The notes: generated by a model not told the origin, from the letters alone. Positions 1 to 25,600 are shown, counted from the first letter of the stretch. The stretch: DNA of 64,000 bases from Trichoplax adhaerens (GCF_000150275.1 NW_002060956.1:186001-250000), one strand, 5' to 3'. A program made the numbers and translations.

Positions 1-28
1 AAAGAACCCAGTATTCCTGCTTTTATAG

Positions 29-9894
<9,866 letters not shown>

Positions 9895-10146
9895 AAGTGA
9901 AGAAAATATCTTTGCTTATTGATCAAAAGTTATGATTTACCCCTAATAATTATTTATAATTTTAGCAAGGATGAGAGAATTAAACTGGGTAAGATTTTGT
10001 GACTAAATGTGTACAATTTTTACTTTAACATGAACTTAGCCCATATTTTAGCTAATGCTAACTCTTGACCCAATTATTATCATCATCGTATGTAATATGA
10101 TATGCATTTTAGTTCAACGAATGTGTATGATACTTTTTAAGTAGGT

Positions 10147-10152
10147 AATAAA
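10147..10152 (+). terminator. Candidate polyadenylation signal of the CHD gene
   Basis: AATAAA about 250 nt after the stop codon, with T/GT-rich sequence downstream. Low specificity in AT-rich DNA. Confidence 0.35.
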
Positions 10153-11938
10153 ATATTAATCGTTTTAGCTAGTTTGTAATGTTCAAATAGCGACTAATTT
10201 ATTAATTCGTACAAAATACACTGATCAATATTCTAGAAGTATTTCATTGCTATTAGTTTCTTTTTGTATTGGTGTCTCATTTTGGATATGCTAACTCGAA
10301 ATTACGTAGATGATACTGTTAGCGTTTATTGTACAAACATACTGTATTTACGGTTTCTAACGTTGAATGAAACAAATTGTGCAGCAACCGATACCTATTT
10401 GATTTGCAGTTCGAAAAAGCGCCTTATTGTGCGATTTGTGTACCCTGTGGTACCGTAAGTGAGGGAATATCCCTCAATTAAAATTGTTTAATCTTCGACA
10501 TTGGAATCTATTATTATTATTATTATTACTAGTCTGCTTATAATTATGTAACAGTTGTGTAGCATTCGCAATTTGCAAACTGAAATGAAATCGACGTATT
10601 GGACAAAAACATGAAAACTGTTGATATAAATATTATGCCGTTATTGTGTCAAGTTGCTTGATGTAATTATTCTTAGTATCTAATTTATTGGCTTATGAAT
10701 GAAAGAAACCTTTGACTTTAATAAATAATCATAATAATAATAATTATAATGGTTAGTGTTTTAAAATTTATTCGTTATTTCATTTGGAAGTTGAGTGATA
10801 TTTTGTATTTAAAGTGGGTCTGGCGTGCTAAAGTAGCACTTGACGCAATATTCGATTCAGGAAATATCATTCTTAGTAAAGGTATCATCATAGCTTCATC
10901 ATATACATATCAATAAAACTTAATTCAAAATCGTCCTTCGATTACGATTTTTTACTCCTAAAAGTAAAATGCGGCTAATTCAAGTATTAATTATCAGATT
11001 AATGCCACAAATTATTATTTAATATTTTAAAATATGTATACGGTCATTCACATGATGCTACCTAGAATAGCAAATGTTACCAGCGTATTACAGTAAAAAC
11101 TAATGAAGTTAAGGATTTGCATTCGCATATTTTTAACAAAGGCTAACGTGTTAGGATAGCTTTCACAGAAGAAATGGTGAATATTCTTGAAGTTTATTGT
11201 AGCACTTTATTTTAAAAACACTCCATGTCTACTCCAAGATAGTATAGTATAATGCAAGTATATTAATAAATAAATGACATAAAAAGTGCAATCAAAATTT
11301 TACGTTTTATTTGTCCTTTAGTCCTATTTCATCTTACACAATATTAACATATTTGTCAATAGAGATAAAATAATTACAAAATCTATTCCAGATTTAGCTA
11401 GTTCTAAAAGGTCAAATATAAATACAAAAGGGTAAAGAAAATCTACTGAAAATAACTGTGATTCCAATGTAGGAATTTCAATTAAATTTTTATTACTATT
11501 TATCTAAAATATCACAAACCTAATCCATAAGCCTACGGTCTTGCTTTCTTATCCAATTGCAATGTTTACGTACGATAATTTTATGATAGATACAGTATAA
11601 AATGAGCTTCCACAATAGACAAATATGAAATAATAATGTCCGATATATTATAGGCTAAATACTGCAGTAGATAAAAAAATCACTTACTAGAACAAATTAA
11701 AATCACAGTTATCACAACAATTGTATTAGAAGCGTACAGTAAATAAAGTTTTTGCTATTATAAACAGCCTTAACAACGACTACAAATATTACTATACGAA
11801 CATCAATTAAGATCTTATTCTCTTACAAGTAATATTAATTTAGATTTAGCTTACTATTATCATAGAGATATTATCGTGGAATAGTAATGGACATATTACT
11901 TTAAAATAAAATACTTTAAATTAACCTAGACCATTGTA

Positions 11939-13618
11939 TTACATTGGACCCATTCTCGAATAAATTTGAGGAGCAGATGTGCAAAGGCCACCACTGTAAC
12001 GTTGCATATCGTAGATATCACGATAACTATTAGAATGATTTTGTGTCTGATTAGTACTTGCTGTAGCAACAGCTGGTGATTGCCAATATGATGGTATAAG
12101 ATGTTGTTGTTGTTGCTGCTGCTGTTGTGATTGCTGTTGTTGTTGCGATTCATCATGCTTGGTTACAACTGGATTTGTATTATGAGCTTCGAGAAATTGG
12201 CTGGAAACAGCAGCTGGAGCAGTACAAAGTTGTCCAGGTGATACGACAGCAATACCGCTTGGATAGGATAAAGTGCCAGCTGTATAATAATGATTGCCAG
12301 TTCCACCAGGCCATTTATTGACGGGGTAATCAACAAAGGGATAATTAACAATTCTTTGCATGTTATTTTTACCACTAGCAGTATTGGGGCTTGATCTGGC
12401 TGAATTTGATGATCCCAAAGTTCCTACTGAAGCACTACCTGTTGAATTGATATCGGCAACCGAAGTATGCGGTATACTGCTATTCTCATGGCTCGATTGA
12501 TCATGGCCGTCGTTCTCAATTTTACATTTACTTGGATGATCTTTTTGATTAATTAATGATGTTAGGGTGTGATGCGATTGGTCGTGGAGTGTTGATGGTA
12601 GTGGAGACGATGACCGATTAACATCATTATTGACTGCTGTTGTTTCACCTATTTCAGCTTTAGGCAAACTTCGTGTAGAAGATGATGAAGAAGATGGTTG
12701 AACATCTAATAATTTACTATTACTATCATGATGATTCTTATCCGATACTTTACCTTTATGATCGCTTGCTAAACAATCATTTGATAATTTATTATTGACG
12801 TCTTGCTGTTGTTGCTGATGGTGGTGTTGATGATGCTGATGATGATATGATTGCTGCTGTAGTTCACTACTGCTATTGTTAGTATTGCTAGTGCTACTAC
12901 TTGAAGAATTTCTCTTGAAACGTTTACGTCGCCGTAGAAAACTTCCATTTTCAAACATATTTTCACTATCTGGATGCAATGTCCAGTAGTTGCCCTTTTT
13001 CGGTCGCTTTTCACCTTCTTCACGCGGTACCTTAACAAAGCATTCATTTAAGCTTAAATTATGCCTAATACTATTTTGCCATCCTTGCTTATTTTGTCTG
13101 TAGTAAGGAAAATGGTCCATGATAAATTGATAAATACCATTTAAGGTAATTTTGCGATCATGCTTGCTCTTAATAGCCATAGCAATTAATGCAATATAGG
13201 AATAAGCTGGTTTAACTGCATTATCTTTAGTCGTGCTAGGTGCAGCAATAGCAGTTCCAGTAGCAGGGTTAGTCATTGCTGTTGAATAGCGTTGGCTAAC
13301 AGCACCAGGAGTTGAATAAAATTGCGCTCCAGTATGACTTGACATTAAAGAAACCGAATGGTCCTTAGCAGCAACGGCAACAGGCACCGCAGCAACATTA
13401 GGATATTGATCGCCGCTAGCATGTGATGGCATCATCTGTAACGAAAGATGTGGTGGAGCAATCGTCGGATAAGGATGGCCAGCTCTATAAACTTCATAAC
13501 TACTGTAATTATTATCAGGAGCATACACGGAATGTGTAGTGCCAGGATGTGGCGTAATTAAATCGTTGGTAGGTGTTAAATTCTTTTGACCATTGGCATT
13601 ATAGGCATTCATATCCAT
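11939..13618 (-). CDS. FoxC: Forkhead box C transcription factor, intronless, 559 aa
   Basis: Forkhead domain [15 protein letters not shown]...[43 protein letters not shown]...[15 protein letters not shown] has the FoxC-type end (FoxL1 has ENGNYRRRKR). The C-terminal [10 protein letters not shown] resembles FoxC SVREMFESQR. Contains polyQ/H/S tracts. Confidence 0.9.
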   Translation of the reverse strand: MDMNAYNANGQKNLTPTNDLITPHPGTTHSVYAPDNNYSSYEVYRAGHPYPTIAPPHLSLQMMPSHASGDQYPNVAAVPVAVAAKDHSVSLMSSHTGAQFYSTPGAVSQRYSTAMTNPATGTAIAAPSTTKDNAVKPAYSYIALIAMAIKSKHDRKITLNGIYQFIMDHFPYYRQNKQGWQNSIRHNLSLNECFVKVPREEGEKRPKKGNYWTLHPDSENMFENGSFLRRRKRFKRNSSSSSTSNTNNSSSELQQQSYHHQHHQHHHQQQQQDVNNKLSNDCLASDHKGKVSDKNHHDSNSKLLDVQPSSSSSSTRSLPKAEIGETTAVNNDVNRSSSPLPSTLHDQSHHTLTSLINQKDHPSKCKIENDGHDQSSHENSSIPHTSVADINSTGSASVGTLGSSNSARSSPNTASGKNNMQRIVNYPFVDYPVNKWPGGTGNHYYTAGTLSYPSGIAVVSPGQLCTAPAAVSSQFLEAHNTNPVVTKHDESQQQQQSQQQQQQQQHLIPSYWQSPAVATASTNQTQNHSNSYRDIYDMQRYSGGLCTSAPQIYSRMGPM

Positions 13619-16600
13619 ACAAGCGCAAATCTTTCAATATTAATAAAAGATGGTTACTGTATAGAAACAAACGAAAAAAAAAATAAAATAAAATTAAGAC
13701 AGTAATCAGATTAAAATGAAGTGGGTAATTGCTATGTTACTATTGGGATAACTAATGGTTAGTTGATCTACTCAATATTACCGTCTGAAATCGATTCCAT
13801 CAAGAAAGCAAAAAAAGATTGTCATAATCTTAAAAACTTGTTATCAGTTTAGATGCGTAATTCTTTAAACATACTATCATTGATCAGCACGAATTGTAAT
13901 ATATCTATGCCATCAGCTAATCGAGCTAGATGAAGTGTCTGTTAATACCACTAGAATCATTGGATCATATTCAAAAGATTAGAAATACTCAGCACTTTTC
14001 ATCCATATCAATTAGCTTTTCGATGTACTTATACATATGGTATTATATGGTAATAAGTACATACTGAGATGACTGTCATAAAATTAGTTGATTTTATCAT
14101 CAATATTTAATTATCCTAAATTTCAATTTATGTACTATATGCAAAATGTTATACTATTTTCAGTACGATTAAAATATCGGCTAATTGTGGTAAAACTGCA
14201 GTAAAAATTTTAATATTCCAACGGTATATAGTCTACCTATGAGACGCTTCCGATATACTATAGTTTAATATAATATAGTAGCTTTCTATAATCATTATTT
14301 AATCATCAGAATTTAGGTCAGTATGATCTATCTACGGTACATTTTCAATAAAATTTAGTGTAATAGCCTTCTAGAACAGTTAATGTTGAGAAAACGCTCA
14401 ATTGCAGTTTAATTTCAAATTTTTAACACTGTATATTCCATTTATAATAACTCTTCTACTGACTCTAAAAAGATAAAAGATAATTAATTTACAGTAAAGA
14501 TAGCCAGGAATTTCTGTCAATTACTACAGTAATCATCTTGTTTAGTAGTGGAACTATTAATCCACTATGACTTTCACCTTGAAAGCGAATTACTGAATAT
14601 CATGACTCATCTATTCTTCTTCACTCTTAATGTTACTATTAAATTTTGAATTGAAAAAACTTAATTATTCAGTATTTCGGTATCGACTAACGTACTCAAT
14701 TGTTAAGGTTACAACGCTACTATTTTATAAATGTACTCGGTAAATGAGCTTAAAGGGATCATTTTCAGTTTTGCAGGCATAGTAATCATAATTAATTAGT
14801 CAATTAGAGTAGCCTTTGATCGTATATTAAATGAACAATGCTACTAATTGTTAAAAAACATGTCGATAAAAATTAGCTATTTAATTTAAACTTTTCTAAT
14901 TGTATATACAAATTATCGCAATATCTACCGTAAATCAAAACAGTTGTCGCTCACATTTAGACATGATTAAATTCACCAGCCACTTGGAAGGGACTAGAAT
15001 ATAAATTCATTTTTTTTCGCTCTACTTTTTCCAACTGTAACGCATTTTTAGGCGCAAATTTCCACTTTTACCGTCAACCAAGTAACGTACAATAACTCAG
15101 CGATCACTAGAAGTAACAATTTGAACTTTGATATGACGATGTACTACGGTATGACCAATATATTTGGTAAATAATTATTTCAATCTCACGTTATAGAGCT
15201 AGCGGCAGAAAATTAAAGTGACTCTTGAAAAATTAAATACAATGATACCTAGCTTAAGTAATGCTAGGATTATTATTAACAATTAATTATCACTACTATC
15301 GGGATTTCAACGTGACTACAATAAAGTTTATGTTAAGACCTTCCTGTAGGTGTATTCTACGAAGTCCTATAACTTCTACATCATCAAGTTATAAATAAAC
15401 TTCTAGGTACACAATTTATTGGCTACCTATTAGCAAATTGTCTTGAATGAAATAAAGAATTTAATTATAAAGTAGACAATTGAATATATTTGCAATTATC
15501 ATCAATATTGATTGTCTTGATTAATCGATTTGGTATTGCAGCAATATTGAAAATAAAAATGGTCAATAATTTCAATAATAATAATAATTGTCAATATGAG
15601 TGAATATTATCAACTTATTAAGTTATTTTACTGGAGATTATCGTTGATATACAATTGTTATTCTGTAGCAAAAGATATACCTGAATTACATGTATAAGGA
15701 GAAAAAATAAAACATGCTTTTTTGAGTAGAATAAAAACATTCTCAATTCAACGTTGTTATAATGTCAATGTTGTTGGATACCGTATAATTAATATTTTGA
15801 ATCATACTTACATTCAATGAGAACAATTACAAGAGATGAAACGATTTGATGGCTTTCAAGATAGAGAATATTCAACTTCAGCCGTATATGTTATCGAATA
15901 AGTGAAGTGATCCAAGCTATAGCGATCGTTGAAATAGACTTTTATTAATAGACGGTGATTTAATAATCTACAGCGATGTCACAAACTGGCTAGATTATTG
16001 ACTGAAAAAATCAATTTGATTTTTAAATATATGACTATATACGACTTTAATTTTTAACTTAATATTGGCCTGTAGAAGCAGGTGGTAAAATTGTTTATTT
16101 TTATTACCCTTGAATGACTTCACCTCAAGCAGATATGTCAAAAATAGGATCGGACACGAAGAGATTTCGTCATCATCATCCACGGGGGGCCTAGTCTTAA
16201 AGACTTGGCGCTGACGTAAATACAGCCTAAATAAATAAAATCGGAAATCACGATTAGATGGGCAAGAGAATAAAAATGGTTACCAACAAGCATTAGATTA
16301 CAAGCCTTCCATAGATGTACCGGGAATTGATGTTAAAAGATCTTAATAACGATATCAGTCCTATACACTCATGAATCCATTGGCCATGATTTCCTATTCT
16401 ATATAAGCGGAAATTTTACGCTGATTTATATTGCTGGCTGAGAATTAGACTATTGAATATTTCTATAATCATAATTAGAACATCACTTGTTCCGTAAAAT
16501 ATTATTATAACCAATACATAGATAGTCGATAATACCGTACTAGTAGCAAAATTTTTCAAGTCTACTGTAGATTGCTATTAGAAACAGTATTTCGTTAATA

Positions 16601-19600
16601 AATTTAATACCCGATTTTATAGTATTTATATACCGCCTTCATAACCATTACTGTACCCTACTTCTATACTAGATCTAATTACTGTGATAAAAGGCTGTAG
16701 CCTATTAAATTAGGTACGGTAATGACTAATCGTCTGCTAGGCTACTGAAAAATAAAGCAAATACATAAAACGTGATGTATACATGGTGTCTGGTAACAAC
16801 TCGGCTGATCATTAGTTGTTACAGTGATGTATGTTATTGTAGTCATCACTAGCTGAAATATTCTTCATGATGATGTATAGGAACAATTTCAGGAAATAAT
16901 AACAGCATGACAGTCATAAGTTAACTGCATGATTTATTTTAACTAGTATCGTACAGACAACTTTAGACTTCCCCTCATTAAGGCATGACTCATTACCGGT
17001 ATTCAATTGAATTCTAATCACAGTACTCCTACCTTCCCGTTTTCTGATCCTTGATTAACCGCTAGTAGAATTCTATCATCTCTATCGGCTAAGAAATAGA
17101 GAAATAATTCATTATGACTACTGCAATGATTTCATTCTATGCGGACTGAATAGTAATGCTAAACGAAAGAAACTACGTGTATAGACTCAAGTTAAACTTG
17201 GATTTATGACATTATCCAATATTCAATTGATCTATGCATATTCATTTTATTACGTCATGTTAACTAAGTTTCTAATTGCTACCAGTTATATCATAATGCC
17301 ATTGATCAAATAGATACCTTTGCATCTCTATCTGCCTTAAAATGGCTAGGATCTGAAGTTCAAAATACGAGGCATCTATCCTAGTTGAAAGTAATGTATA
17401 TGCCCTCTTATGGTCAAAAGACAAATACGTAGACTTTAATCTTAAAATACTGTAAAACGCGCTTTATCCATGAGCAATTCCATTTTAATGAATCTCTCGC
17501 TTATACCTGCATAATATTGATGCCGCTGATCCATTTAGCTGAGAGTAATGGCAATCTCCCATTGTACGTAAAATATGGAAGTTTTTAGGCGTTAACTTTA
17601 AAATGAAAATCGCCTAAACTATCATTGATCCCATTTTAACAAGTAATTCTTCTGTACTTATAATATGCAGTCTTGATTGTCATAGTCTTCAAATTAAGCG
17701 TTGATGGGCTTAATAAGCAGGATATTGATCTCTAATAGTATAATCAATCCTATTGACAGATTCTAACTCAAGTTGGTATCGGCAATCATCTGAAGCATGG
17801 ACTAGTAGGTGCTGATACAATATTTAGTCGTTCATGTCTTAAGCAGTGAGCATAATTCTATCTACTTAATTTTTAACCATATTTTCTGCAAAGTGGTGTA
17901 AGTATACCATAATCATCTAGCGATATATGTGCAATAGATTTCATAACATTGAAGTCAAAATAAATGACAAGGGTTGTTTTTGAGTCAGCTTTTCACCTAT
18001 TTCTGATCATGGGCGTCAATTTAATTCAGTAATGATGTAATTAATTTCTGAAAGAAATCAAATTTTGATCATATTTTCTACATCGCACTGCGAGTATATA
18101 ATATAATTAGCTAGCCATATTACGTAATTCATAGCTTTCATAAATTTTTAGTATAAAAAATTTACAAGTGTTGGACACAGTTTTCAACTAGTTGTGATTA
18201 TGGGTGTTAATTTATTTTCATAATTATGTAATGAATACTTGAAAGATATTTGCCATTCTGCAATAAATTATTAAACTAAATCCCTGCCCCATAATATTGT
18301 ATAGGCCATATGGCTATCCATTCATACCCATCTCTGAATAGACATGTAGAGCCATTTAATTATGATCACGTCATTAATACTTATACGTACAGTAGCTGCA
18401 ATCTTTGCATCATGCTTTGGCAAACAGCCCTGCTAATTATAACAGTCTTGAAGTATTCAATGAGTCTGCATGCTAATAAATCGTAGTAATCAAGTTATGC
18501 ACTGCAGCAGCTATCGTTATGAAGTTCTAAAATCATCCAACGCAGTAGAATCAATTTTATATTCCTGATATCTAATCGAATCGTACATTATCTAACACCA
18601 TCGATATACGTCGCAAATGGGCCGATTTATCCTCATACATGATACCTAAAGAAGTACAGATATTTATTATCTTCTGTCTGAGCTAATAAATACAGTATAA
18701 GAGCTTATAAATTTTACTGTAACCGTACCTCTTATAAGTGTATTTGTAGCAAAGACTTAAAAATATTCCGACCGACTGGTTAAGGTTTAGACTATTATAC
18801 CCTTACAAAATCAACTCCTCAGTGACCTCTATAACCAATAGAACTAGAGTCTGCAATCTAATTGATGGCCTTGTCAAAAAAGATACCTACATTCATTAAA
18901 AAAGAATATTATGTACATGCTTGTTGCATAAACAGTATTTTACCATTTATCATGTACTCTAGCTGCATAAACCTGTTGAAAGCAATACTATAGCGCATAT
19001 TGATGTTATCAAAACATCAAGATTAACTTCTAAGTCTCAGCTATAAAGAACATTCATCATGCACATAAGTGATGTTTTGCTGTTTTTCATTCATAATGTG
19101 CCTAAATTAAATATTTAATTGAATTATCAAGTTTATGTCTGACTAAAATTATTTACTCTTTCAATTTATTCTATGCCGAAAGATTCTCAGATACGGCACA
19201 CATTGGTTGCCTAGTATATACGCGCACAGATAACTCCTTATAATTTTTTATTTAAATTTCTAGCAGTAAAAGTGCTAAAATGCTGTAGTTCATAATACAA
19301 CAATTAGAAAAATAAAATGATTTTACATAGTCTCGATATCCAGCAGGCATCATGATCTTTAGTAAGTTACACCCTTGTCAACATTTATAGCCCCTCCAAA
19401 ATATTTGTGAAGGCTTACTTTAATTTCGTTCTTCTACTGTAACCAATACTATCATTACTTTTTAGGCAGTTTGATATCAAGCGAGCCTGAAATTTACAAT
19501 ATGAAATACAGTCGTTGGACCTACTGCTAAAGGTCTAAAGCATGCATGATACAATTGCAAGATAATTAATTCTTCAGTTTACAGTTAATGTCATCCATAG

Positions 19601-22600
19601 AGATTCCTAACGGGAATATAACACGGTAATTGAATTACAGCATCAGAAATCTATTCAAAATTTTTAAATACTGTCTACCCAGGGAAAAGCTATTAGTCAT
19701 TGCGATAGTAAAAATCATTCTTTCCTAAGCTTGCCAGATATTAATGGAAATGCATAAATATCAGGTTCAAGGTTCTTTTTGATTCCGACTCGCAATATGC
19801 GTACCCGCAAACAAGTCTTATGCAATTACTTAAAAACGTAAAAAAATTGAAAAACGGAAATGTCATTACTATAAATAAAATTGTAAAGTTTCTATTTTAA
19901 TAAATAATAAATGTAGTTATCATATTATTAGAAATATCAAAATAGCTCAATCTGCAGGATATACGCCTTCATACCGTATAGGTGGCATTTATGAGAAAAT
20001 AAATACAAAATAGATATATACCCTTTACTATTAGTTGTTGATTGTATTAGGATGCAATAGCAGCAGCATTTCAAGAGAGTTTCCTGTTGCATGGGCGTAA
20101 CTCATGGGCACTGAGTAAGTAAGTTAACTCATTGCAGACGAAACAAAGTAAATTAGATCCCAATACCAGGCGTCAATAATTATAATCCTATATATATATA
20201 TAGCATAGGTCGTAATAATTTTTAGAGACAACAAACATCAACCCATAGAGAAAATCTCAATTGAAGACTGAAATATTTTTTATAATAAGTACGAAATAAC
20301 TATGAACATATTTCAGTCTTTCATAATAAATTTTGAATATTAATAGAAAAAGTAGTGATAAAAAAAAAAGAAATACCCATTTCTCCTATTCATTCCAAGG
20401 ATAAAACGATAGGCTTTCAACGATAATAAATTATGGATAGCAGTTATAATGATTAACTGTATAGCCATTAAATAGATTTATTATACTTTAATTATTTTAA
20501 AATAACATCCATTTAAATTAATGGGAAACGTATAAGAAAAAAAATATTTATGTATAGAGGCATAATCATTTAATAGCATCATTCTTCAATAAATTATTAC
20601 ATTAGATCAGAATACTACTTTGATGGCCTCATATTTTCTATATATCTAACGCGAGCATAAGTTAAAAATATGGACTAGAGTTCTTCTTTAAAATCTTTTT
20701 TGAATCTAAGACAAGTTGGAAACACAGTTTGATTCTATGCATTTGAAATATGCTTTAACAAATAGCAATAAGAGAAGTTTTTTTAGCTTTACTAAATCCA
20801 CAGGTTGCAGACTACAGTAAGTTGATAGTTATTTTTATACGATAGCGAGTTCATTTGTTACCTTATCCATAACTTGGTAGAACGCTAAAGTTTACATGAA
20901 ATTTTAGGCATTTATTGAGTAATCCTTGTACTGTATAACTAAATATATTCACTGCATCTAGAAGTCAATGCAGTTATACCATTTACAAATTAGCTTATAA
21001 TTCTATGATTTAATCTTCTTACACTTATGATAGTTATACACGCATCTGATAGAGATTTTGCCTTCCAGTTTTTATAAATATTATCTGTCAGATTGGACCG
21101 CAACAGAATACTAATTAACTTAAACTATCATTTTCTACAAGTAATCATTTAATTAGGATGAGTCAGAGAGGTTGGGCAAGTAAGGAACTATTTGAGTGGC
21201 CATTTTGAAATTTGCATACCTTATACCTGTCTTCTAGCTTATGTCATACATATGATAACCACGGTATATAGTCGATATCAGGAAAACTAGTAGAGGTCTT
21301 TCCATCTTTGAATCTTATTAATAGTATTGAATTGCATTACATAGAAATATAATCTTATGATAGTAACTCCGGAAAGTCTACAGTTGGAATATTTAAATAT
21401 TGCCTGGTTTAGGCGGGAAGAAATATGAGCTCTTAAGAACATGAATGAAAATATTTATTGTATGACATAACGATCGTTATGTTCCTCTGTTGTGTGCTAA
21501 TATATAGCAAATGTGATATACATTAATACGCTATGAATTACTAAACTTTTCTATTTATTATATAAATAGAGTTTAGCTCTAATGGTTCATGATCGTACTG
21601 ATAATAAATTTGTATTTGTCACAGCCATCTAGAGGATCAGGTATTAACAATGATGATACCTAATATTGTTTATAAACTCAACCCTCGCAGAAAGGCTAAT
21701 ACTGTAGCCGTTTTCCCTGACAAATTCTAGGATATATCGTACTTGGTAAACGCTTACCACCTTCAATTGAATAAAAATTATGTATTCATCGATTGCTGCA
21801 TGGTCTATATCAGCAAGGAAAATGGAATAGGCAAATTTTAAACCATCAAGATATTCGTACGCGTATATTTAAATTAGGTCGGTCTCTGTCGGGTAAGAAT
21901 AATCGAGACATTTATGTCATGTTAAAATATTTTTTATCGCTCAATTGAACATCGAGAATTAGTAGACTTAATAAATACCAGCATAATGGCCAATATTGCT
22001 TATTAATGCACTCTGTGATGGACTATCATAACAAATCGGTAGTCTTATTGCTTAACTTTTCTAATTAAGTAGGTGGTCGGGAAGGATCGCTGATTTAAAT
22101 ATATTTGCTTATCCATATTTTATCCTGAATTCTTATCCTGAATTAACAGCTCTCGCTCGGTCCTCATATAACACACCTTAACAGACAAATATTTAAATTC
22201 ATAGCGACTGGATAATCTGTAAAGCCGAACATGACTAGTTATACCTTGCAAATATTCTATCACACGCGGCTGGATGCTATGCAATTACTGTCAAATCAGC
22301 AACGTATAAAATGTTCCATAGATATAGAAAGATTACAACATCATCATTGCAGCGACATCTTAATATCGTAATAAAAGTTATTATGACATTCCAGTAAAAT
22401 TATTGTTAATGAGAAATAATCAATAATGTCTTAATAATTTTTTCCCGCATGCTTTACATAATCATGATTACTGATGTTGCTGTTGCCTTTAAAGCATTAG
22501 AATCAATATAAATATGACCTTTAGGAATAATAGATTGAGAAAGGACTTTGAAATTTAACCATGAAGAATCTATTATTATTATAAAAATAAATAAAATGAA

Positions 22601-25600
22601 TGCCTTTTTATTTCCGATAAATATTGATTTAATAGGTATTTTTACTGGAGCTATTTCAGGCCACTAAAACAATAAACTGGATATGAGGAAGTGTATTAGT
22701 ACTGTATATCGAAGCTTCAAATCCTGTTGGCAATTTTGAAATTTTTGTCGCATACGAGTTAAAAATGCCATTGAAGATCTTGCGATCATAATTCTATATA
22801 CTACTAAATACCATTCTTAGTATCAATCAGCACAATACTACACCGATATGACTAGAGTTTCCAGATTCAAGTTTTACAAGAAGTTTTAATTTGCTTATTT
22901 ATTAATGACTGTATTTATTGACAAATTTAGTCATCCTTTATGGAATGAAAATAAGATGCTATTATAATTCGTCAACTCTACGGTAGAATATAGTAAATAT
23001 GCTGTAAAACCTATCGATAAATGCAGCCTATGAACTTAATAATTAAGGTATATTCATTTTGTTTTCTTAGTTCTCGGTAATTTTTACCAAAGTTAATATG
23101 TAGGATTTTTATTTTTATTTCAGGAAATCACATCGCTAAAATCATCAACTCGACACGACACGCATTTCTAGTCTCAAATTTCTCGACAAATAATCTTTTC
23201 TCATCTTCTATCTATCTTTGTCAATTGAGTCGATTGCATAAAAAATTGCTTTCGAGCGGAATGAATTTATCCTTCTTCGCCCTATTCTATCCGTAATAAT
23301 TCAGTTGGTTCCACGGAAATTCCTTTCAGTGTTGAATGCGTATCTATCCTAATTCCAGTGAAATGTCCAAATAATTTAATTTCATGGAATTCTATTGAGC
23401 ACCTGCTTATTTTAATTCCTGAGAAAGTCAATCCAATAGTGGCAAATAGCAAGGCTTAAAAATACTGTAAATAAAGTATTTTGGGCTGGCTGACATGAAA
23501 TAAATCATCACTCAGCTTGTAAGATATTACACCGTAGTAAAATAATATATGATCATAATAATTTATTCAGTTCACTATACAGCAGCTTAATACTTCTTAA
23601 ATTATTTTTAAGGAGTACATTATACATATCAGCTTGGATAAAACTGGATAGAAACGACGATTTACTTTCAAGTTAGCTTTAAAAATGTCTGCTAGTCGCT
23701 AGATTAGCATTTCAATAGCAAATAAACTTATATCTTTTTCATATAATTTAGGGTAGTAAAATGCAGTACACAAAATGGCGACAACATATCGGGGTGCGGC
23801 CTAATTTAATTTTATTAGTCTTTAGTGCTGATTGGATCATTTATTTATTTTACAATCGGTCAAAATACCATTGGCATGCACCGTAAAAATCTATTAGAAA
23901 ACACTCAGATCAAATCGATAGAAAATATCCTATTACTTTCCTACCAGTAGGCTGAGCAGCTAATAAAAATAGCAACGTCATATTTGTAGTAATTATAGTA
24001 ATTCTACCTCGAAGCCTTTATTTATGCCTTTAATATTATGTACTAATAAATAAAATTTTAATTTAATCAACACATTGTTTACTTCATTGCTTTCGTCAAT
24101 AAAAAATTTATTAAACGTGACTTATTGGATTTTTGGAGACAGTAGTCCGACTGTGAAATAAACTTTGCCGTTTAGGATGAGCAATAACTAAATGGAGTAC
24201 CAGTACCGAAAGTCTAGTAGAAATATTATTGTAGCTAGTTAGGAAGGTGCATTCTCAGAAATTTTACTTAAATCACAAATGTAATTTTTAACACTAGAAA
24301 ATTTATTTTCATGCCACTAAGACCATTGCTATTGTTATTGTTATGATATTAATTTAATTTACGAGGTCCAAAAAATTTAAGGCTATTAATAAGAACAGGC
24401 GATAGCTTATTTGACAGCCTAAATGGAGGAATTATATTATTCCCCAATATTTACTATTGTATCATATAGGCATCATTATTCGTAGGTTGGAATAATCACT
24501 TTATGAACTCTTGCTAAAACGGAGACAATAAAGTGTATAAGGCAAATTTCTATCTAAGCATATTTTTCAGTACCTCTATTAGTTGGCAGATGACAAATAA
24601 AGTAACAGTTAGACGAGTAGTGATCGATAAATGAGCAATTATTACTACCATAAACATTCACATTCTTGATTGAGATACTCCAGAAAATCAGCTAAGAATA
24701 AATTGGCACCAGTGAATCCAAGCTTTGACATAATCTGCATATTCAAAAAGTTTTTCTTTAATCATGGCGTTAAACTTTTTTCTACTTGGTCCATCAGTAC
24801 GCCTATTTTATGAGCATGACTGCATCATTGTAGTAGGAATATAATTCACTTATTCTCAATCTGACCATAATTTTCCTTTTTACTAGGATAGAACAAAGTA
24901 AATATTACATTATTATCTAATTTCTATGTGCGTAAGGTTCTGTCAATATTCTGTTCATTTCGAAAACACAGAAACTTTCCGACCACTGATCTATTTAATA
25001 AAACTAATAGTGGCTCTTGACGTAACCATCATGTAGCTATACCGCAAATGTATAGCTTATTACTATCCAAACAATTTCTTATTACTACTGAATTGCCAAT
25101 GGATCAAAATTTTACAGCTTTTCGATTGTTACCTTAACTTATCAGCTAGAGTATATAGGATGAAAAATTATTAATTGTGAAATTGATAATACTTCTTTAT
25201 CTGCGCTGCGGTCTGTCGATATAGTAGTAATGCTAGAGTAGATTGACTAGCAGCTAAGCTCATTTTCATGGCGTTTTTCCTACCTCATTTATGAGAACCT
25301 TGAAGCCATTAAAATCTAGGTAAATTTACGTTCAGTTTTACAGTAATGATTTATATAATATCTTATAAAGCAATTAGCATGGAAAAATACCCTTCTATAT
25401 TATGTTAACTTAATAGTTATTCACTGTTATCATACTTAAACTACTGATAGGCGTAGCAATTATTATTTAATATTAGCTTTATGAAAAGCCAATTATTTCT
25501 TGCTTGATTTCGTTTTAGTCTCAATTATTGATTCTTTAAACACTGCGAATATTTCAGAAAAAGCTTATTTGTATCCTATAAACTATATGAGGTAAGAATA

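Noticed and set aside
11926-13047. Overlapping alternative-frame and antisense ORFs in FoxC (similar ones occur in FoxQ1, FoxF and the last CHD exon)
   Set aside because: These are shadows of the real CDS, favoured by low-complexity codon repeats.
11939-13618. FoxL1 assignment suggested by VPRE and [11 protein letters not shown]
   Set aside because: [25 protein letters not shown] and the C-terminal motif fit FoxC better.
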